Shown: in pieces, positions 54,917 to 61,345 of the stretch | Position numbering within the stretch: the first letter of the stretch is position 1 | How the letters are laid out: each line of letters opens with the position of its first letter | DNA from: a bacterium | Lineage (GTDB): Bacteria > Pseudomonadota > Alphaproteobacteria > Rs-D84 > CACZYB01 | Assembly (NCBI GenBank): GCA_014803575.1 | Contig: JAAVBO010000009.1 | Span: forward strand, 1 to 61,345 | DNA: 61,345 nucleotides | Reading direction: 5' to 3' | Notes under the pieces: generated by a model | What the model saw: only the letters and a program-made list of their open reading frames with translations | Database searches by the model: none | Told to the model about the DNA's origin: nothing | Program-made: the position numbers and the translations under genes

Positions 54917-54949
54917 ATGGAGCCTCTAACATGGGGCTCCATTTTTATT
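54917..54949 (+). terminator. rho-independent terminator after ssb
   Basis: ATGGAGCC-tctaacatgg-GGCTCCAT followed by TTTTTATT. Confidence 0.7.
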
Positions 54950-54956
54950 GCTAGCT

Positions 54957-56963
54957 ATGGAGGAAATAGTGAACAGGCTTATAGCAATGGACGTCGAGAC
55001 ATACGGCAATTATTTGTTTGATGATGACGCGCGAATACTATGTTGCGGAGCTTATGGCGATGGCGTAAGCAAGGTGTTTGATTTCGATGACCCTAACCAA
55101 GTCAAAGAATGCATGGACATAATGTCAAATCCTAATATAGATAAAATATATCATAACTGTATATATGACACTGCGTGGAAATATTGCAAGTATGGAATGG
55201 ACATCAAAGGCGTCGTTCATGACACGATGACAAGGGCGTCGCTGATTGACGAGTACCAGCCTTTAAACTTAGATGACTGCTGTAAGAGGCTAGGAGTCAA
55301 GGGAAAGAACAAGGCAGAGACTATTGAAGCGTGGTTTGATGACTGGCAGACAGCAATGAAAGGCTGCGCTAAAGGCTTCAAGAAAGGCTTGGTAGCAGAT
55401 AATGAAGTGTTTAACCCAGATGATGGGCAAAGCTACAGGCTGTCAGATGGCGAGCTAGAAGCTCTAGTGACAGACAAGTATAAAAAAACTGTATGGGATA
55501 ACGCTCTCACGCTTTGGAGAGACTGCAAGGAATTCAAAGAAAACATGATTAAGTACAACTTGCAGGACTGCATTGCTACGTACAATCTTTTCATGGCTCA
55601 AGAGAAGTACATGAAGCCGCTGCAGAAAGTTTACGAGCTGGAGTGCAAGTTGATACCTATACTGCTTAAAATGAAGAAGACAGGCATAAGGTTTGACAAG
55701 AAGCGCGCTGACGAGCTAATTGTAAAAGTGTCAGAGAAGCGTGAAAGTGTTGAGCGTAATCTAATAGATGTATACGGAGTCACTGGCGAAATGGTAAACA
55801 GCTCAAAGCAGCTTGGAGCCAGGCTAAATAGCATGGGAGTGTATAGCCCTGTGACAACTAAGACTGGAGCGCAGTCTTGGGGTGAGGGAGCTTTGGCCAG
55901 AATACACCACCCGGTTATTTCCTTGATAAACGAGTATAAGAACTATGACGCTATATTGAACAAGTTTTTGCTAGGCTCTTTGAGCAAGTCGATTGTCAAC
56001 GGGCGCATACATTGCACGTTCTTGCCAATGCTGCGTGAGGAAGGTGGCACAGTTACAGGAAGGTTCAGCTGCAGGGACCCTAACTTGCAGCAGATACCTG
56101 CAAGGAACAAAGGCCATGGCGAAGACTTTTCACAAGACATGAGGTCGCTATTCTTGCCAGAAGAAGGCATGATGATATCTGCTATGGACTACAGCCAGAT
56201 AGAAGCAGTGCTGCTCGGACATTTCGCTAAAGGTCCTCAAGCTGAGTGGTTCAGGGAGCGGCTGAGGGCTGGAGACGACTTGCACAACATTGTCATGGAG
56301 ATGACGCATATAACTTATCGGCCAATCGTAAAAACGTTCAATTATGGCTGCATTTATGGGATGGGCTGGAAGACTGCTATGGAGAAAAACTACGTGCTGT
56401 TTGAGAAGTTTGCTAAGGAGCAGGGCGTAGACATTGAGACGTTCACAAAAAACCTTTATGACAACTACCATAAGAAGTTTCCAGTGATAAGAGACACAAT
56501 GGCATGGTGCCAGAACTTAGCTAAAGTACAAGGGTATATAGACACTATGGGAGGCAGGCGACTGCACAAGCCTAAGCCGCAGTACGACCCTAGCACAGGA
56601 AAGATAAACGACTTCATTTACAAGATGCTGAACAAGCTTATACAAGGCACTGCAGCAGATATACTTAAGCTAGCTATAGTAAAGGCTGAAGAGGAAGGTC
56701 TGTACAACGTCTTGACTCTGCACTTGCTGGTGCATGACGAGCAAGTGACCAGCGTTCCGTTTAACAAGGAAGGAGTAGAGGCAGCAGTCAGGCTGCAGCA
56801 GATTATGGCTGAGAGCTTTAAGGAAGAGCTGCTTGTGCCGATTAAAGCGAGCTGTGAACTAGGCCCTAACTGGGGGTACTGGTCTGGCGACATATACAAG
56901 GAGATGCAAGCAGGCAACTTTGACAGCAAGTTCTTCTTGGCAGACTACAAGAACACGCATTAA
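54957..56963 (+). CDS. polA: family A DNA polymerase with 3'-5' exonuclease domain, 668 aa
   Basis: Exo I AMDVETYG. Motif A DYSQIEAVLLGHF. Motif B RPIVKTFNYGCIYGMG. Motif C LLVHDEQV. Start taken at ATG 54957 (the track TTG is at 54948). Confidence 0.9.
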   Translation: MEEIVNRLIAMDVETYGNYLFDDDARILCCGAYGDGVSKVFDFDDPNQVKECMDIMSNPNIDKIYHNCIYDTAWKYCKYGMDIKGVVHDTMTRASLIDEYQPLNLDDCCKRLGVKGKNKAETIEAWFDDWQTAMKGCAKGFKKGLVADNEVFNPDDGQSYRLSDGELEALVTDKYKKTVWDNALTLWRDCKEFKENMIKYNLQDCIATYNLFMAQEKYMKPLQKVYELECKLIPILLKMKKTGIRFDKKRADELIVKVSEKRESVERNLIDVYGVTGEMVNSSKQLGARLNSMGVYSPVTTKTGAQSWGEGALARIHHPVISLINEYKNYDAILNKFLLGSLSKSIVNGRIHCTFLPMLREEGGTVTGRFSCRDPNLQQIPARNKGHGEDFSQDMRSLFLPEEGMMISAMDYSQIEAVLLGHFAKGPQAEWFRERLRAGDDLHNIVMEMTHITYRPIVKTFNYGCIYGMGWKTAMEKNYVLFEKFAKEQGVDIETFTKNLYDNYHKKFPVIRDTMAWCQNLAKVQGYIDTMGGRRLHKPKPQYDPSTGKINDFIYKMLNKLIQGTAADILKLAIVKAEEEGLYNVLTLHLLVHDEQVTSVPFNKEGVEAAVRLQQIMAESFKEELLVPIKASCELGPNWGYWSGDIYKEMQAGNFDSKFFLADYKNTH

Positions 56964-56970
56964 AATAATT

Positions 56971-57011
56971 ATTAGCTAATGGTTATATATTATATAGCCG
57001 CACTGTATAAT
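56971..57011 (+). promoter_or_regulatory. ATTAGCTAAT-N25-TATAAT promoter-like element
   Basis: Palindrome at 56971..56980 and TATAAT at 57006..57011. Upstream of 57045. Confidence 0.6.
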
Positions 57012-57044
57012 ATAATTATATATTAAATAATATGGAGGAACGCT

Positions 57045-57518
57045 ATGACGCTAGCGAAACAAACAATGGTTGTACTTAAAAGAAGGTACAAGGGGCTGTT
57101 GAACAAGTTCACGACAGTAGAGGACAAGTTTTGCATCCAGTATGAGGAATACAACACGTTATTAAAGAAGCTTAAGCAAGCGCATACAGACCTGCTTATG
57201 GTATACAACAGGCTTAAAGATTCAGATGATAAGTTCTCTGAAACAGAAAACGGCAAGAATATAAAGAGCAACATAGAGTCTTTAGAGAAGAAAATGCTGT
57301 CAGTATATAATAAGCTTAAAGAGCTTAAAAGCAAAGAAAAAGAGTATGTAGCTAAAATAGAAACTGCTATAGCTCTTAAAGAAGCTGCTAGTGTAACAAG
57401 CTCTATACCTGGATGCTCTATATCTGATAATGTAGGCGATATTATAAAAGAGTGCGACGATATGTTGTACAGGCTTGACGCTGAAATGCAGACATTAAAG
57501 CTATTTGAAGAAGACTAA
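57045..57518 (+). CDS. coiled-coil protein, 157 aa
   Basis: GGAGGA RBS within a 23-nt block that is repeated at 57719..57741. Confidence 0.6.
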   Translation: MTLAKQTMVVLKRRYKGLLNKFTTVEDKFCIQYEEYNTLLKKLKQAHTDLLMVYNRLKDSDDKFSETENGKNIKSNIESLEKKMLSVYNKLKELKSKEKEYVAKIETAIALKEAASVTSSIPGCSISDNVGDIIKECDDMLYRLDAEMQTLKLFEED

Positions 57519-57531
57519 AGGAGCAATGCCT

Positions 57532-57720
57532 ATGGAAAAAGCTAGCTTTAGCGAAGTAGAAGACTACATAGAGAGCCTGTATAATAAAAAGAAGAAAGCA
57601 AAGAGATATAGGCGCAGCGTGAACGGACAAGATGTGTTTGCGGTTATAATGACAGTATGGTTTTCGTTATGTATTGCTGTGATAATTTTTGCAATAATTA
57701 TGATGTTTCTTTGTGAATAA
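57532..57720 (+). CDS. tail-anchored small membrane protein, 62 aa
   Basis: AAGGAG 8 nt upstream of ATG at 57532. C-terminal TM FAVIMTVWFSLCIAVIIFAIIMMF. Confidence 0.5.
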   Translation: MEKASFSEVEDYIESLYNKKKKAKRYRRSVNGQDVFAVIMTVWFSLCIAVIIFAIIMMFLCE

Positions 57721-57737
57721 TAATATGGAGGAACGCT

Positions 57738-58016
57738 ATGAATCTATACCGCAAGACGTTGAACGAGCTGCTGTACAAAGCGCAAAAAGACGCAGAAAAA
57801 GAGATAAATATGATTAACCGTGCGCTTGATGAGTATACGCTTAATGTTATGCGCACGCTTGGCAATTTCGCTGACACAGGGTGCTGTGATGGCATTGAGT
57901 GCTATGACTGCCCTCTTAACGGGAATAAAGAAGCTCGCTGCATTTATAACCACAGAGAACTGAGTGCCAATGACACTGAACAGCTGAAAGAGCTGCTGAA
58001 CAGAGAGGTTGACTGA
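57738..58016 (+). CDS. hypothetical Cys-containing protein, 92 aa
   Basis: GGAGGA RBS. Contains GCCDGIECYDCP. Confidence 0.6.
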   Translation: MNLYRKTLNELLYKAQKDAEKEINMINRALDEYTLNVMRTLGNFADTGCCDGIECYDCPLNGNKEARCIYNHRELSANDTEQLKELLNREVD

Positions 58017-58238
58017 ATGAGTAGCGTTGAAGACAAAAAGAAAAGGCTTATTGCATTCAATGACGCTTTCAATCTATTTGCAAAAGCGTCTGACAATGCA
58101 AAAGACACGCTATTACAGTGTAAAATAGACGATAGCCAGGTGTCCGCTATATGCATGTTTTATATGCTGCAAACACAGTATATAAGCCAGAACATTGTAG
58201 ATGAGTGCATAAAAGATGGTAAGCAAAAAGGCGATTAA
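58017..58238 (+). CDS. hypothetical protein, 73 aa
   Basis: GAGAGG RBS. Starts directly after the previous stop codon (TGA 58014..58016). Confidence 0.55.
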   Translation: MSSVEDKKKRLIAFNDAFNLFAKASDNAKDTLLQCKIDDSQVSAICMFYMLQTQYISQNIVDECIKDGKQKGD

Positions 58239-58392
58239 GTATAGCATACAAGGCTACGTGAACAGGGACTTGTGCATTGAGCTAGGCGTGTTTGAAACTA
58301 AATTAAGCCTCAGGGAAGTCTGGGACTTGATTATAGAAATATTTGATGACGGCAGCGTGCCAGAAGGCATAGTTGCAAGGAGGATTGTATGA
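58216..58392 (+). CDS. hypothetical protein, 58 aa
   Basis: Fills the gap before the dUTPase gene. ATGA overlap with the dUTPase start. Confidence 0.35.
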   Translation: MVSKKAIKYSIQGYVNRDLCIELGVFETKLSLREVWDLIIEIFDDGSVPEGIVARRIV

Positions 58393-58811
58393 GCATTTGT
58401 TGCAAGTGCCCAGTGGTTATGTTTGAAGGCGGCATACCGCCCGTCTACAAAACAAAAGGAGCTGCATGCGCAGATTTAGCTTTGCCTAACATGATTATGA
58501 TAGGCCCTAACAAGGCGCTTAGCATAAACCTTAAGATAGGCTTCGACATACCTGAAGGCATGAAGGTTGTAATGTACCCTAGGTCAAGCTTGTTTGCTAA
58601 GTACAGCATACTGATGCCTGTGTCTGTAATAGATTCAGACTACAAAGACAAGCCAGTGCATGCGTTCTTATACAACTGCTCTGACAAGCCTGTACGGCTT
58701 GAAGCAGGCGAGAGAGTGTGCCAGATAGAGTGTGTGCCGGCTGTTAACTGCGTGAGCTGGGACCGCAATGACGTTGAGAGAGACGGGGGGCTTGGGAGCA
58801 CTGGAAAATGA
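58389..58811 (+). CDS. dut: trimeric dUTPase-family nucleotide pyrophosphatase, 140 aa
   Basis: All five dUTPase motifs in order: GAACADL, YPRSSL, VIDSDYKD, GERVCQIE, RDGGLGSTGK. Confidence 0.85.
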   Translation: MSICCKCPVVMFEGGIPPVYKTKGAACADLALPNMIMIGPNKALSINLKIGFDIPEGMKVVMYPRSSLFAKYSILMPVSVIDSDYKDKPVHAFLYNCSDKPVRLEAGERVCQIECVPAVNCVSWDRNDVERDGGLGSTGK

Positions 58812-59524
58812 TTTTAGCTAAAAATACGTCTATATACATAGACACGCTGAAGAAGTGCCTTGCAAAGCCTTGCGAGGAGAACAGCCACGGAATATCCCAC
58901 GAGCTGCTTGGAAAAAAGATAGTGTTCAGGCCGTTCCACCACATTGATGGAACGTCTGAAGAATATGTGAATAACGAGCTGAAGTGGTATGACAGCAAAG
59001 ACTTATGCATCAAGTGCCATAAAGGCATAGCAACTAACAAAGTGTGGCAGAGCTGCGCCACCGATGACGGCTTCGTTAACAGCAACTACGGCTGGTGCAT
59101 ATATAGCAAAGAAAACTACGGGCAGTTTTATGAGTGCGTGAATGCTATTGTCAATGATTTGATGACCAAGCAAGCTTGCATGTATTACACTAGGCCTAGC
59201 ATACACAAAGAGCATAACGACGGAGTACATGCTAAGCGTGACATGATATGCACTTGCTATACGAGCAGCTTGCTGAGGTTCGGGAAGCTTGAGCACCATG
59301 TGCATATGCGCAGCAACGACATTTGGTACGGGCTTCGCAACGACCTTGCATGGCAGCAAGAAGTGCAGGTGCGCTTGATTGAGGCTCTGCATGTGCGCGA
59401 TATAAGGTGTTCAGCTGGAAGCATAGTATGGTTTGCAGACAGCTTGCACTTGTATAAGCGCAACTATGACAATGTAATGAAATTCTTGGAGAAGTACAAT
59501 GAAAGAGTCAGGCCTAGCGACTAA
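58808..59524 (+). CDS. T4 gp42-like deoxypyrimidine-nucleotide C5-hydroxymethylase (thymidylate synthase superfamily), 238 aa
   Basis: Blocks match my recollection of T4 dCMP hydroxymethylase: EYVNNELKWYDSKDL, VNSNYGWCIYSKENYGQFYEC, MYYTRPSI, DMICTCY, HMRSNDIWYGLRNDLAWQ, AGSIVWFADSLHLYKRNY. Confidence 0.7.
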   Translation: MILAKNTSIYIDTLKKCLAKPCEENSHGISHELLGKKIVFRPFHHIDGTSEEYVNNELKWYDSKDLCIKCHKGIATNKVWQSCATDDGFVNSNYGWCIYSKENYGQFYECVNAIVNDLMTKQACMYYTRPSIHKEHNDGVHAKRDMICTCYTSSLLRFGKLEHHVHMRSNDIWYGLRNDLAWQQEVQVRLIEALHVRDIRCSAGSIVWFADSLHLYKRNYDNVMKFLEKYNERVRPSD

Positions 59525-59870
59525 AGCAATATTCAACGCTCTGTGCAAGACTACGTACATTAGGGCTGTTGAATGGTTCAACGAGCATCCTGAAGAAGAG
59601 TACGCTTATTGGGGCAAAGACGAGTTTCTGCCAGGCTCGGCAAGCGAGCAGGAGAAAGCAAGCTTTGCTTCAAGGCATCCTGAAGTCGACGACATTAACG
59701 ACCACACGCTGATAAAGCTCGAAGGCGACACGGCAGTGCTGTGGCATTTCTGTCCGAGGCTTAAGGAAGGCATAAAAGATTTCTACGATTCAGGATATGA
59801 TGTAGGGAAGGACTACATGTGGACTGTAAAGCCAGACGGCGACAACTACAAGGTCTTTTTTAAATGTTAA
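59499..59870 (+). CDS. hypothetical protein, 123 aa
   Basis: GGAGAAG RBS. Last gene of the plus arm, followed by hairpin 59875..59894. Confidence 0.55.
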   Translation: MKESGLATKAIFNALCKTTYIRAVEWFNEHPEEEYAYWGKDEFLPGSASEQEKASFASRHPEVDDINDHTLIKLEGDTAVLWHFCPRLKEGIKDFYDSGYDVGKDYMWTVKPDGDNYKVFFKC

Positions 59871-59894
59871 AAACGGCCCCTGTTTCCAGGAGCC
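59868..59894 (-). terminator. terminator at the convergent junction (possibly bidirectional)
   Basis: GGCCCCTG-tttc-CAGGAGCC forms 7 of 8 base pairs. On the minus strand it is followed by GTTTTTA. Lies between 59870 (plus arm end) and 59919 (minus cassette end). Confidence 0.5.
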
Positions 59895-59918
59895 AAGTGG
59901 AGGAATAAGCAGCCAGCG

Positions 59919-60113
59919 TCAAGGAGTAACCGTTGGCTGTTTGTCACTTTCAATGAATAAAGTGCAGATTTCATCTACACAACCAGCTAAAGCCACTATA
60001 ACGCCAGATATAACTGGGCCGTTTGAAACGCCCAGAAGGTTGGCTATAGTGACGCCTGCTGCGGCAACAGCAGTTGTTATTCCAGAAATAATCCTGAATG
60101 TTTTCTTAGACAT
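59919..60113 (-). CDS. holin-like two-TM protein, 64 aa
   Basis: AGGAGG RBS. Two hydrophobic helices (IISGITTAVAAAGVTIANLLGV and VISGVIVALAGCVDEICTLFI). Lies next to the amidase gene. Confidence 0.5.
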   Translation of the reverse strand: MSKKTFRIISGITTAVAAAGVTIANLLGVSNGPVISGVIVALAGCVDEICTLFIESDKQPTVTP

Positions 60114-60483
60114 ATAAACCTCCTAAAAGATTATTGTTATCTCTAACAGTTAGCTTCGCTCCAGATTGCTCAAAGCCGTTCTGCTCGAACACTATAAACG
60201 TGTCTGTGTCAAGCAGGCTTACAAGTATGCACACATGCCCATATGGGTTGGAGCTTGTCTTGTCGTAAATCAAAATGTCTCCTGGAGCTAAAGACTGCTT
60301 AGACTGCTTGAGGCTTCCGCAATTGCTCCAAATGTCTTTAGCGCCGTTTACAGGCGGAGTCTGCTCTATGCCAAGCACGTCTTTGCAGTACTGCCTATAT
60401 AAGTCAACGCACTGGTACCCGAACGCCCCGTCAAAGTCTACCTTCTTGTTAAGGTTGTTTACTATAAACCTTTTAAGCGTCAT
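60106..60483 (-). CDS. CHAP-domain peptidoglycan hydrolase (endolysin), 125 aa
   Basis: Catalytic Cys context FGYQCVDLYRQY and His context NPYGHVCILV. Single-domain protein with no wall-binding domain. Confidence 0.75.
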   Translation of the reverse strand: MTLKRFIVNNLNKKVDFDGAFGYQCVDLYRQYCKDVLGIEQTPPVNGAKDIWSNCGSLKQSKQSLAPGDILIYDKTSSNPYGHVCILVSLLDTDTFIVFEQNGFEQSGAKLTVRDNNNLLGGLYV

Positions 60484-60881
60484 AAAAAGTTAGTCCTCCC
60501 TGTAAGCTCTAGATATAGTGCAACTGACCACACTACAAGAAGCAAAATTAAAATGCTAGCTATCCCTATCAGCGCTCTCTTCAGAATCTTGCAGTGAGTC
60601 TGCTGTATAACCAGCTGCTCGTAGCAGTCGTTGTATTGCTGCGTTATAGACGTCAAGCTCTCTGATAACGCTATCGATGTCGCCTCCCATTCTTTCGCTT
60701 CTTGCTGTGACATCTGCAAGTTCTCTGATACATTCAGCAATTGCTCTGTCACGAACTCTGATTGATTCTTCAAGCCTGTCAGCTTGTCTCTGATGCTCAA
60801 GTATTGTTCGCTCAGCGCTTCTGCTGACAGTGGCGCAAGAGCAAAGCAAAATGCAAAGAGCGCAGCATAAAACTTTCTCAT
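60480..60881 (-). CDS. envelope protein: N-terminal signal-like segment, coiled coil, C-terminal TM (frame A), 133 aa
   Basis: GGGGA 7 nt upstream of ATG. ATGA coupling at both ends. N-terminal MRKFYAALFAFCFALAPLSAEA and C-terminal IGIASILILLLVVWSVALYL. Confidence 0.5.
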   Translation of the reverse strand: MRKFYAALFAFCFALAPLSAEALSEQYLSIRDKLTGLKNQSEFVTEQLLNVSENLQMSQQEAKEWEATSIALSESLTSITQQYNDCYEQLVIQQTHCKILKRALIGIASILILLLVVWSVALYLELTGRTNFL

Positions 60882-60888
60882 AGAACAT
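60556..60888 (-). CDS. overlapping alternative-frame ORF: lipobox-like signal plus Arg/Glu-rich coiled coil (frame B), 110 aa
   Basis: MFYEKVLCCALCILLCS-C fits the lipoprotein signal pattern. Leu codon usage in this frame (CTT in 6 of 11) matches the CHAP gene (CTT in 6 of 15) better than frame A does over the same DNA (CTT in 1 of 15). Confidence 0.35.
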   Translation of the reverse strand: MFYEKVLCCALCILLCSCATVSRSAERTILEHQRQADRLEESIRVRDRAIAECIRELADVTARSERMGGDIDSVIRELDVYNAAIQRLLRAAGYTADSLQDSEESADRDS

Positions 60889-61345
60889 TCCCCATTACCT
60901 TCTTATTTACATTGCGTATCCTGACTAGCTCGCAAATTACGTCCTTTATCCAGTTGTCAAGGCTAGTGTAAAACTCAGGCGTCTTCAGTTCAGGCAAGAC
61001 GTCGAACGTGCTGAATATAGCCCTTATCTTCGACTGCTTGACAGATATATACGCTTCGTCTTCTGACATATGGTTGTACATTATCCAGCAGACGACTTCA
61101 TCGTATATTATCTCAAGTATGTATTTCGCAAACCAGCCTCCATACTGCAGCACCTTGTCTTTAGCAGCGGATTCAAACTCATCTACAAGGCCTGTAATAT
61201 AGTCATGCGCGAAGTCGCATTGCTCTTGAAGTATCTTGCGCTCATAGACGCTAGCAACATGCTCATGCCCTATAGTAAAATGCTTAGTATGCACTTTCAC
61301 ATGTAGTATTTTGCTTATAATAGCAACAGCTGCTATAAGCAAAAC
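60878..61345 (-). CDS. hypothetical membrane-anchored protein (open at right edge)
   Basis: The ORF is open to the window end. A hydrophobic N-terminal stretch (LIAAVAIISKIL) follows a TTG at 61342. Stop is coupled to 60480..60881. Confidence 0.45.
   Translation of the reverse strand, partial: VLLIAAVAIISKILHVKVHTKHFTIGHEHVASVYERKILQEQCDFAHDYITGLVDEFESAAKDKVLQYGGWFAKYILEIIYDEVVCWIMYNHMSEDEAYISVKQSKIRAIFSTFDVLPELKTPEFYTSLDNWIKDVICELVRIRNVNKKVMGNVL

Noticed and set aside
56981-56999. AT-rich hairpin GGTTATATATTATATAGCC after polA as a terminator
   Set aside because: No U-tract follows it. It lies inside the 25-nt spacer of the 56971 promoter element, so it is more likely part of that element.

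Overview
The window reads as most or all of a compact tailed dsDNA phage genome with no lysogeny genes that I can recognise. Genes have strong GGAGG-type ribosome-binding sites and many ATGA start/stop overlaps.

Layout:
- 1..33805, minus strand: virion and packaging arm. In transcription order it holds a ParB-like protein, the large terminase, a portal-like protein and a 2721-aa giant ORF. Four low-complexity proteins that look like internal virion proteins follow, one ending in a peptidase S74-type domain. Then come two acidic scaffold-like proteins, a putative major capsid protein and a long set of fibre or receptor-binding-like genes (collagen-like, tail-collar-like, internally repeated).
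- 33806..34990: non-coding hub between the two arms. It holds overlapping promoter-like elements and eight copies of a 14-bp perfect palindrome in almost pure AT DNA.
- 34991..59870, plus strand: early and replication arm. It holds small paralogous gene families and a PD-(D/E)XK nuclease, dCMP deaminase, SNF2 helicase and HNH-like protein. It also holds an SF3 helicase with an AEP-like primase domain, a DUF5664/MazG-like pyrophosphohydrolase, a SAM methyltransferase and SSB. Family A DNA polymerase, dUTPase and a T4 gp42-like pyrimidine hydroxymethylase complete it.
- 59919..61345, minus strand: lysis-type cassette with a holin-like protein, a CHAP amidase and a pair of overlapping envelope-protein ORFs.

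Most notable observations:
1. The palindrome ATTAGCTAAT sits 25 nt (26 nt at one site) upstream of a -10 hexamer at seven intergenic sites.
2. Three late promoters have identical TTTACA-17-TATAAT geometry, each embedded in a conserved 13-mer.
3. A gp42-like hydroxymethylase module suggests hypermodified DNA.
4. Four virion-module proteins share S-D-x-x-x-K C-terminal tails.
5. Two same-strand ORFs overlap in different frames in the lysis cassette.

All function calls rest on motifs read by eye. No database search was run.
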